Shown here: positions 28,201-40,200 of the stretch, in pieces | How the letters are laid out: each line of letters begins with the position of its first letter | How positions within the stretch are numbered: position 1 is the first letter of the stretch | NCBI RefSeq assembly: GCF_004010195.1 | Contig: NC_057720.1 | Span: forward strand, 24,354,027-24,407,056 | Length of the DNA: 53,030 bases | Origin: Chiloscyllium plagiosum | Lineage: Eukaryota | Reading direction: 5' to 3' | Notes under the pieces: generated by a model | Database searches by the model: none | What the model saw: the letters and a program-made list of their open reading frames with translations, nothing else | Told to the model about the DNA's origin: nothing | Position numbers and translations under genes: made by a program

Positions 28201-31200
28201 ATATAAACCTGTTGGACTATAACTGGGTGTCATATGATTTTTGATGTTGTCCACCCCAGGCTAACACTGGCACCTCCACATCATATGTGTCTGTGGTTAA
28301 AGTTGGTGGATATAGTGCCAATCAAGCAGGCTGTTTTGTTTTGGTTAATGTCAAGTTTCCTGTATGACATTGAAATTGAACATATTTTGTCACACTCCTG
28401 ATTGTGCCTTAGGAGGTGATAGACTGGCTTTGCAAGTTAGAAGATGAATTATTTGTTTCAAAATTCCCTACATCTAACCTGCTCACGTATTTCAGATTTC
28501 CAATAACAATCCTGTTTCACTTTGACATTGATGTAATGCTTTTCACCTTGCCAAGATATCTGAAAAAGAATTCACAAGCAATCACTGCCAATTCCAGACA
28601 AATGTAACAGGCTTTTTAATTACTTGGATGAATAGCCTGAGAAGAGAAAGTGAGGTCTGCAGATGCTGGAGATCAAAGTTGAAACTTTATTGCTGGAACA
28701 GCACAGCAGGTCAGGCAGCATCCAGGGAACAGGAGATTCGACGTTTTGAAGAAGGGCCTGTGCCCGAAACGTCGAATCTCCTGTTCCCTGGATGCTGCCT
28801 GACCTGCTGTGCTGTTCCAGCAATAAAGTTTCAACTGAATAGCCTGAGAGCAATGCTGACAAAAGAATGCTGGGCAGAAAGCTGCTAGGTGAGTGAGTAA
28901 GATGACTGGTACAATGTCATGTGAAAGGATATTAAATTATTCATTCTGGTAGCAAAAGTAGAAAAGCAGACACCTTTTAAAAGTTGAGAAACTTTTAGAT
29001 GGTATGTTCAGAGAAATGTGGCTGCACTTAGATGAGGAACACAAAAATTAAGCATGTAGGCAAACAAACAATTCAGAAGGCAAATGGCACATTATCCTTT
29101 CTTGCAAGAAGACTGAAGTACAAGATCAAGAAAGTCTTGTTACAATTGAATAGGATATTGGTGAGACCCGGCCCTGAAATATTTTGATCACTTTTGGACT
29201 CCATGTATAACAATATTGTTTGTACTGCAAAATTTCAATATCTTGGTTCCTGGGATGAGAAGGTTGTCCTACTTTGCAAGGATGTGGAAGCTGAAACTCT
29301 CTGGTGTTTGGAAAAAATAAGGTGTAATCTCATTGAAACATGCAAGCATCTGATGGGATTTGAAAGGGTAGACGTTGAGGTTGTTTCTGTGGCTGGAGAA
29401 TCGAGAACATAAATCTCAGACACAAACTGAGTAGAAATTTCTTCACTAAAAGAGTTGTGAATCTTTAGAAGAATCTACTCCAGGATCTATGAATGATCTT
29501 GAGTATATTTAAAACTGGTATGGATTGTTTGATCTCTGGGGAATCAATGGAAATGTGAAGATTTAGAATAAGATCAGTCAGGCTCAGGAGACCATTGGGT
29601 CAATTCTTGCTCCTATTTCTTATTTTTTACCTCTTCCCTCTTATTGAACCATGAGTTGGAATGTATATAATTAAGATAATACAATCAAAAAATGTATTTT
29701 AATATTGTGGAACAAAGGGCAAATTAGATCTAATAAGTCAAGATTTTGTTTTACACCAACATCAATGTTGGGAAGTTTACTGGAAGCATTAGAAGATGAA
29801 GGTGGACTTTTTAGCCTTCTCAATTCTTTTCTCTTAATTTTTGCTTCACTTCTCAAGAAGTTAACTTTTTTTCTGGAATCTGATCCCATGGGTACCGTCA
29901 ACCTCAGGTAACTCCAATTCATCATGCGTACCTTTTGTATTTTCTCACCTGAGGGACATTAGGAAACACAAAGATGTATTAGCTCATAGGTTTCCAAGGT
30001 GTCACTGAAGGAATTATTACTTGTAAAGTGTTGTCATGGTACTACCCAGGCAAATTCCACTTTTGTTTTCATGACTTAGACAAAGACACTTGAATAATAT
30101 GTCCACATTTTCTGATGTTAAAAATGTAAGTAGGCATGTCAGTTGTGAGGCAGAAATAGAGATATGGCCATGTTAACCCAGTGGTTACAAGAACAATGAA
30201 TTCTTGCTGCAGTTGCATAGGGTTTTGGTGGTTCACATGTGCAATGCTTTACACAGTTCTGGGCTCAATGAGTAAGGAAAGCCATATGTGTATTGGAAGC
30301 GTTAGAAAGATGTTCACATGATTGGTCCCTGAAATGTAACATTACCTTGTGAAAGGAGGTTGAGTAAACTTGGACGTTTTTAGCATATTAAAAAGGTGAT
30401 TTGATTAACACATACAATATTCTGAAGGGATTTGACAAGATTGACACTGAGATGTTGTGCGCCTGACTAGGAAATCTAGAATATGGGGTCACAGAGGCAG
30501 GAGAAATATATGATAATTTAGACTTGATAAGAAGAAATTTCTTCTCACAGTGTGAATATCTAGAATTATCAGTGTCAAAGGGTTGTGGTCACACTTTCCT
30601 TGAGTACCTTCAAGGTTGGTATAGATAGCACTTTGATCTCTGGGAAATCAAATGTAATAGGGCAGGAGCATGAAACTGGAGTTTTGAAAGGAGATCAACC
30701 ATGATCATATTTGGAGAAGTCTAATGGGTCCATAAGGTCCAATCTGTTTCTAATGGTTTTATGATCAACAATGATCGAAAGCAACACCATAGTAGAGGAA
30801 ATTGCCTCTTATCTGCATTGAACCATGGCTTAAATCTGTGCAATCAGCTCATATACTTTAATTTGAGAGAACAAAGGATGAATTAATCTAATAGTTCAAA
30901 GTTTCTTATACCATCATTAATGGTAGAAAGATTATTGGAACCATTAGCTATGTTTTGTTTGCTTTCCTTTTCAATTATTTTCATTTCCATTGACCCTCAT
31001 ATTAAGAAGCCCTGTTGGCTTCTTACTCTAAAATCATCATCCTATAGGTGCCAATCATCCTCTGGTATTTTACACAAATCATTGCTCTTTTTGTATCCTG
31101 AGGCAAACACAGGTTAAAAGTGAGCAGGCAGACAGAGTATAATACACAATTGGATCAGAAAAATGTGAAGTTATTTTTCCGATAAATAGAATACTTAAGC

Positions 31201-34200
31201 TTTGTTTTCAAATGTTCTACACATTTGGATACCGATGTTCTGGGGGAGTTCGAGTGTACGTGTGCTAGGATTAAGTTAGCATTCATGTGCAGCAAGCAGT
31301 TAAGGAAGGAAATGGATACTCCTCTTGAGTACAATCAAAGCTAGAATAGAGAGTTTTGGTTGCTGTAAAATCAATGCATGTTGTCCATTCTTGGCTATTG
31401 ATAAAACTACACCTGTGCTCAGTTTTAGTCTCAATATCTAAGGAACAGTACCTTTACCTTGGAGATAGTGCAACCAAACTTCATTAAATTGGAATCTTGG
31501 ATGAGATTCCCTTTGCTGAGAGGCTAAGTAAATTGGGTTTGCATTTATGGAATTTAGACAAATAAGAAGTGAAACATAGAAGTAGATCCTTGAGCTGATT
31601 TCTCCTACTTAAGAAATCTGGAACACAGAGGCACGGTGTCATGATCAGAAGTTGATTATTTAGGACTGAGATGAGGAGAAATTTCTTTGCTCTGATTTTT
31701 CTGAATCACTTGCATTGCTTTATCCCAGATGTTTGTGCATGTTGTGAAGTTGACTGCATTCAAGATTCAGATGAGCAAATTTTGGTTTCAAGGAATATAG
31801 AGAGGGAGCGGGTTTGAATTGAAGCAGAAGAATCTCTGATTGTGTTGAATTGAAGGTCAGGCTCAGGAAGACCTATGATTTACTCCAGCTCCTATATCTT
31901 ATGTTCTGTACGCTGTAGAAAATTGTCTCTTATCTCTGTTGAAACGTTAATTACCATAAGGACGGGCATTACCATGCAGTTATTTTCAAGTAGTCGAACA
32001 AAGGGCAAATTAAATCTAACAGTTCAAGGTTCCTTCTCCAACATCAAGCACATTGGAAGTATTTGGAGAATCATTAGCTAATGAATGTAGAGTTTTTCCT
32101 TTGCACTTGTTTTTTATTTGCTTCTTTGCTTCTGCTGCTCCCCTCCTTTTAATATGCTCTCTCCTCATGGAGGATAGTCCAATGGCTTCCAGACATACTC
32201 TGGAAGCTTCCTTAATTCATTGTATCATGACTATCTTACAACTCCTAACCTGAAAGACATTGGAAAGAACAAATAACTTGTACTGATGGGATGTTCCTCA
32301 CCTTCCCCAGATCTTCCAGAGGCATTTCATGGGAAGGGATCCCTTTAGAACAGCAGACTTTATCACTGTGCAGCTAAATACAGTAAACAACTAGTACACA
32401 ATAAGAACCCACAGCAGCACTGGAATAATGAATAATCATCTGATTTTATGATGTTGGATATAGAATTAATGTTAAAAAGAAGACCTCACCTCATCATCTT
32501 CAAATAAGATCATCAGATACATTGAATCTCCTGAGGAATCCTTTCTTTATTACTCATCCACAGGACAATATCATTAACATTGCAACACCTTATTGGTATT
32601 GCATCAAAGATTTACTAACTTTCCGAATGAAGCTTTAATTTGGGGCATTCAGCTTGCAATTTTCTGACTCAGATGAGAGTCCTATCACGAAGCCAGCTGA
32701 TGCAAATCTGATGAATAAAGCATTTTATTCTTTAGGCAGTTATTAATCAGCATCCAGCATATTCAGGTTAGAACAAAGCACAGTTTCCATTATCTGACCC
32801 CATCAACGTAATTTGGAGGATCACCTCATATAGCACCTAAACTAGTCTCGAACATACATTGAGCAAGTAGGAAGCAAATGGCACATTTGTCTTTCATGTA
32901 AGGGTATTGATGTACGCAAACAGGAAAGTTTTGCCAACTGTATTGGACTTTGAGATCAAATCTGAAGTCTCGCATGCAGCTTTGCAGTCCAAGTTGAAAA
33001 GAGGACATTTTGGTCTGGGAGGAGGTACAGGGAAGGATTACTGATTCCTATGATTAAAGTGTTGTTCTTCAAAGAGCTATTGAGTAAATTGGGCTTTTGC
33101 TCTTGGAGTTTGGAAGGATGAGATGTGATCTCATTGACCTGTGCAAGGTTCTAAAGGGGCTTGAGAGGCTGGCAAATCTGGAACATGGGAAACAACCAAA
33201 AGATATCCAAACGTTTAGATTTGAGGATAAAATAAGTTTCCTTACTCAAAGTATTATGAACCATTGGAATTTGTCACACCAGAGGGTGTGTTTATCCTTT
33301 TTAGGATGTTCAAGACTGGCCTTGGGAAGCTTATTGTGACAGAACGGGAACAGGAAGGTTCGTTGAGACAAATTAGTTATACTGCATGGCAAAGCACCTC
33401 AAAGGGCTTCAACATCTCATGATCAATAATAATTGAAAGCAACCCCATGGTAAACGAGATTGCCTCTAATCTGTACTGAAACATTGCTTATCTTAAATAC
33501 GAACATTGCAGCACATTTACTTTTGTGTTGGAGGAGCAAAGAGCAAATTAAATCTAATAGTTCAAGGTTCTTTATTCCAATATCAAGTATGTGGAAGGAC
33601 TATTAGAGTCATTAGCAAATGACATTTGAGCTTTATCTTCTCGATATTTTCCACGTTGGTTATATTGATCTGTTTTTCAAGTTTCTGGCTCCTTACTGGA
33701 TGGTAGTCCCATTGATGACAGTCATCCTTTGGTAGCTTGGCTCATTCAAGCGTCTTTATGTTCCTTTCTGCTGAATCAACGAGAAGAGAAAGCCCATCAG
33801 TGTTGCCTCTGCTGAATCCTTCAAAATCAATGGAAGGATTATGAAACTAATACCAGTGTCCCCCTTGACACCTGTTTCACAACAATGAAGGGAAAACCCC
33901 TGCAACATTAACTTTTTGGATGCGTCACACAGTCTGGATGGCTGAGGAACATCTCCCTCATAATCTGATTTTTTTCAACTCAACTCTTAAATGGCCATTA
34001 TTCCATTGGAGGACAAAGAAAATGCTTCAAAGACCCTATGAAGGTCTTGTTGAACTATGGTAGCATTAACTTTAATGACTGGATGGAACTTTGCTACCAA
34101 TTTGGAATGGTGATTTGTCAATAAATCTGGATCATATTTTAATGGTGAGAAGGGGCAATGGCAAAGAGAGAAAAAGGATGAAAATGCTATTCTCCAGATC

Positions 34201-37200
34201 TGACTGCCATTTGAAAGACATTTATGAAAATCTAGAATATTGGCTTGTTCATGATGCCTCGTCTTAGAATCCTACAACTCTGAGTAGACAAATCAATGGG
34301 GCAGCCAGTGGTGAATACTCTGGTAAGACCATAGCCAGCGTACCAGGCTCAGTTTTGATCACCAAAGCTTGGGAAGAATAAGAGGCAGAATAAATTTGGT
34401 CTGTATTCATGGAATAGAAATTATCTGATTGAAACACACAAGATCGTAATAAAATTTGACAGTTTAGAAATTTAGGCTGTTGGTACTTTTAGATGGGGAG
34501 TCAAGAGATCAGTGCTGCAAGATAAAAAATCAATCATGTGGGACTGAAATGGGATACCTTTCTTTGAGCAGAGGGTTATGTATTGGAATTTGGAATTCCT
34601 TAACAGAGGCTTGTGGATACTCAATCGTTGAGTGTATTCATGGTTTCAATAGACAAATTTTGATTACTCAAGGAATTGAGGGATATGAGAAGTGAGAAAG
34701 TGGATTGATACAAAAGGTCAACTATGACTGTGTTGAATGACAGAGGAGCACAGAGGGCCATGTGGTAGTTCCTACTTCTACTTAGAAAGTTCATATGATA
34801 AATAATAACTGAAAGCAACGACATGGTAAAGGAGATTGTCTCTTATCGTTATTGAAACATTGCTTATCTAAAATATGAACATTGCAGCACATTTACTTTG
34901 GTGTTGGAGGTGCAAAGAGCAAATTAAATTTAACAGTTCAAGGTTCCTTATTCCGATATCAAGTACATGGAAGGAGTTATAGTAGATGAAATTTGGAATT
35001 TATCTTCTCAATATTTTCCGCTTTGCTTATGTTGATCTGTTATTCAAGTTACTGGCTTTTTATTGGATGGTAGTCCTATTGATGATAGTCATCCTTTGGT
35101 AATTTGGCTTATTCAGCCGTCTTTATGTTCCTTTCTGCTTAATCATCTGGAGGAGAAAGTCCATCAGTGTTGCCTATGCTGAATCCTTCAAAATCAATGG
35201 AAGCATTATCAAATGAACACCAGTGTCCCTCTTGACACCAGTTTCACAACCATCAAGGGAAAAAGCCCTTCAAAATTAACTTTTTTGGACTAGTCCAGAT
35301 GGTTGAGGAACATCTCCCTCATAAGATCTGATTTTCTTAATTCAACCCTTAAATGGCCATTATTCCAGTGGAAGACAAAGAAAATCCTTCAAAGACCCTA
35401 TGAAGGTCTTGTTGAAGTATGGTGGCACTAACTTTAATGACTGGATGGAACTTTGCTATCAATTTGGAATGATAATTTGTCCATGAATCTGGATCATATT
35501 TTGATTCACATCATTTTAATGATGAGAAGGGGCAATGACAGAGGGAGAGAGATAAAGGAAGAAAATGTTGCACTCCAGATCCCACTGCCATTTGAAAGAC
35601 ACCCAATGCATCTATGAAAATGCAGAATATTGGCTTGTTCAGTCTCATGATGCCTCATGGAATAAACCTGCATTGTAACAAGGAGGAAGTATGGACTGCA
35701 GATGCTGGAGAAATCCGAGTCAAAAAGTATGGCACTGCAAAACCGCAGCAGGTCAGGCAGCATCTGAGGAGCATAAGCCCTTCATCAGGAATTTGGGTTT
35801 GACAGCTTAGAAATTTAAACCATTGATTCCTCTAGATGGATAATCAAGAAATCAATACTGCAGGAGGAAAAGTCAATCATGTGGTACTGAAATAGAATGC
35901 CTTTCTTTGAGCAAAGGGTTGTATGTGCGAAGTTGGAATTCCTTAACAGTAGTTTGTGAATATTCAATCATTGAGTACATTCGTGGTTTCAATGGACAAA
36001 TTTTTGATCACTTAAGGACTCAAAGGAAATGAGAAGACAGTGAGAAAGTGGATTGATGCAAACGTTTGTGTTGGATGGCAGAGCAGCACAGAGGGCCATA
36101 TAGTCCCTACTTCTACTTCCCATGTTCATATGATCAATAATTGAAAGCAACACCATTGTAAAGGATGTTGTGTCTTATCAACATTGTAACATTACTTATC
36201 TTAAAAGTAAACATTGCCACATATTTGATGTTGGGGGAGCAAACCTGACGAAGGAGCAGCACTTCGAAAGCTAGAGTTTCCAAATAAACCCATTGGACTA
36301 TAACCTGCTGTTGTGTGATTTTTAAATTAAAGTTCCTTATTCCAACACCAAGCACATTGGAAGGACTATTGGAGTCATTAGCCAGGGATGTTTGGTCTTT
36401 GTCTCGTCAGTGTTTGTTTGTTCATTAAGGTGTAGGTCTCTTACTTGATAGTAATCCCATTGATACTAGACATGCTTTGGTAGGTTGATGAGTAACACTT
36501 TCTTTGTGTTCCTTTCTGCTTAAACGTCTGGAGGAGATGAGGAAGACAGGCAGTGATTACTTTTGAAGTGAAACTTGATCATTATGTACCCAAATGTAAC
36601 AGTCACATTCTGCATGGTGACATGTCATAAAATTGCTCATATTTTTTAAGGCTTGAACATTAGAGCAGAAGACCTCCATTTATCTTCAAATAATACCATT
36701 AGGTATTCAAATTCAGTTGAGGATTCTGATTTTAGATTAATTCTCAAGAAAGTGCACTTGGCATACAGGATTTCATCAGTATTGCTTCAAGTGATAGAGA
36801 GGTTTACATAACCAAGATTTGATGATTGAACCAGCAATCTTCTGACTCAGATAAGTGGCCTACCATTGAGCCAATCTGACACAATCTGGTCAGGTATTAT
36901 CTATTCATTCTGTTCAGCGAGCTTATAATGCATCTCAGAAGCACTTGGTCCTTGAATTCAAGCCTCCTGACTCAAAGGTAAGGATGCTATACCACTGTGT
37001 CCCAAGAGCCCCAACGTAGTTCTGATGAGTGAACCACATTCTGTCTTAACTAGCTGTTAATCATCATCAAGCACATCTGGTTTGTAAATGAGGTGAAGCT
37101 CCTCAATCCTGCTGTGCAATGTGCTTTGAAGGCTGATCTTATATTCTCCACTTAGCATTTGAGCACAGCAAGAAATTAGGAAACCAAATAGTACCCTTGT

Positions 37201-40200
37201 TTAAGAAGGGTAACAGGGATAATCGAGGTAATTACAGACCTGTGAGCCTGACTTCAGTAGTAGGGAAGCTTCTGGAGAAGATACTGAGGGATAGGATATA
37301 TACCCATTTGGAAGAAAATTGGCTTATTAGTGATAGATAGCATAGTTTTGTGCAGGGAAGGTCATGTCTTACAAACCTAACTGAATTATTTGAAGAGTTG
37401 ACAAAGTTGATTGAGAGAAGGAATGTAGATGTCACATACTGGACTTTAGTAAGACATTTGATAAGGTTCCCCGTGGTAGGTTGATGCATAAGATGAAGTT
37501 GTATGGGGTCCAGCAGGATGTTCTAGCTAGATGGATAGAGGACTGGTTGGGCAACAGGAGACAGTAGTAGTGGAAGGGAGCTTCTCAAAATGGAGACCTG
37601 TGACCAGTGGTGTTCCACAGGGATCAGTGCTGGGACCATTGTTGTTTGTGATATACATAAATGATTTGTAGCCTGCCTCATTAGCAAGTTTGCAGATGAT
37701 ACTAAGATTGTTGGAGTAGCAGATAGTGAAGGGAACTGTCAGAGAATACAGAGAATATAGATAGATTGGAGAGTTGGGCAGAGGAATGGCAGATGGAGTT
37801 CAATCCAGTTAAATGTGAGGTGATGCATTTTGGAAGATCCAATTCAAGAGCTAACTATACATAAAATGGAAAAGTCCTGAGGAAAATTGATGTACAGCAA
37901 GATCTGGGTGTTCAGTTCCATTGTTCCCTGAAAGTGGCAACGCAGGTCAGTAGAGTGGTCAAGAAGGCTTACGGCATGCTTTCTTTCATCACATGGGTAT
38001 TGAGTACTAGAGTTGGCAGGTTATGTTACAGTTGCATAAGGCTTTGATTTGGCCACATCTGGAATATTGCATACAGTTCTGTGGAGGATGTGGATGCTTT
38101 GGAGAGGATGCAGATGAGGTTCACCAGGATGTTGCCTGGTATGAAGGATGCTAGCTATGAGGAGAGGTTGAGTAGATTAGAATTATTTTCATTGGAAAGA
38201 TGGAGGTTGAGGGGGAACCTGATTGAGGTCGACAAAATCATGAGAGATTTAGGCAGGGTGGATAAGCTTTTTCCCAGAGTGGAGGACTCAATTACTAGGG
38301 GTCATGAGCTCAAAGTGAAAGGGGAAACATTTAGGGTGGAAAGTTCTTCACACAGAGGGTGGTGGGTGCCTGGAACACATTGCCAGTGCAGGTGGTAGGG
38401 CCGGGAATGATAGCATCATTTAAATGTATCCAGACAGATACATGACAGGGTAGGGAGCAAAGGGATACAGATCCTTAGAAAATAAGCGACAGGTTTAGAT
38501 AGAGGATCTGGATTGGTGCAGGCATGGAGGGCTGAAGGGTCTCTTCCTGTGTTGTGATTTTCTTTGTTCTTTGTTCTTTTGTTAGAGTGAATAAGGCTGT
38601 AAGGATGAAAGAGATTTTTATACAAACAATCAAAGAGCAGTCCCTTGTGCAACCAGATGTTAGTGTCAGCAGGAATCTGTTAATGTAAACAAAATATTCC
38701 TGAGAGACCTCGGATTCGGAAGATATTTAGAATCTGGAATGTGAAAGGCATTGATAAGGAATGGGAACAAAGCAGTGCCAATCTAACTCCTCCTTGACTG
38801 GATGAAGGAGACACTAATGACATTAGCCCATAACCTCGAATAGACATCTGTTGTCGAGTCATACAGCATGGAAACAGACCCTTCAGTCCAACTCTATGCT
38901 GAACATAATCCCAAATTAAAGTCGTCCCACCTGCTTGCTCCTGGCCCATATCCCCCCAAACCTTTCCCTATTCACATATCTATCCAAATGTCTTTTAAGT
39001 GTTGCAATTGTACCCAATCCACCAGTTCCTTAAGAATGGAATTCGAATAACAAGATGCCCATGTGGTGAAAAAGTCATCATGTGGTGATAAAGAGACTAC
39101 CTTTTTCTGTATTCCTTAGATCTAATTCTAGAATACACGCTCCTTGCATTTAGTTTGTATAAATGATTGTAAACTGTACTCAAGACACATGGTCAGTTAC
39201 TAGAAGTAACCACAACCATTTATTTGCCTTTTCATGAAAGGGATTGGAATGCAGAAACAAGGAATTCTTGCTCAGGGTTTTGTTGAAACCATAGCTGGAA
39301 TACCTTGATTTCTTTTGGTTTACATATCTAAGGTAGGATATACTTGCTTTGTAGATGACACAGTGGAAGTTTGTTAGTTTGGTTTCTAGGATGGGAAGGT
39401 TCCAGTAAGATGATACTGTAAACTGGGGTTGTATTCTTGAAGTTTAGAAAAATTAGAGGTGATCTAATGAACCATACAACATTCTGAAGGAATTTGACAG
39501 GTTGGCCACTGAGAGGTAGTCTAGAACACGTCAACACAGTCTCAGGATAAAGGGTTGGTTACTTAGGACAGTGACAAGTAGGGTTTTTATTTACTGGCAG
39601 GCTTATGAATCTTGAGAATTTCTACCCTAAGAGGTTGTATTTGCCTCATCACTAAGTATATTCAAGTCCAGATGTGTAGACTTTTCAACCTTCAGGGAAT
39701 CTAAGGAGATGATGAGGGAGCAGGAATGTAGAATTGAAGCAAAATATTAACTTCCAACATATTGAATGGCAAAGCACCTTAAAGGTTTATACAGTCTATT
39801 CCCACCCCTATTTCTTATGTTCTTAATATCAGTAATGTTCAAGAGCAACAAAATGGTGTAGAAACGTGTTTCTCATCTGCATTGAAATATTCATCTTTGT
39901 AAAGGGAAATAAATAATTATTGCGTATAGAATTCAAAGACTTTTACCCCAATATCAACCATGTTGGTACAAAATATTGGAACTATTAGCAGAAGAATGTG
40001 AAGTTCTCTCTTTTCAATTTTGTTCTCTTCACTTCTCTTGCTGCGCTTTTCAAGGTGTTGACCTCTTACTGATATCTAGTCCCACAAGTGACAGTTATCC
40101 TCCGGTAGCTTGCTCAATCGTTGTTCTTTCAATCTTAAGAAACTGAGGGATTGATAAAACAAAGAATTTTCATTAGTGTAGTAGTTTGCGCAATATCCAA

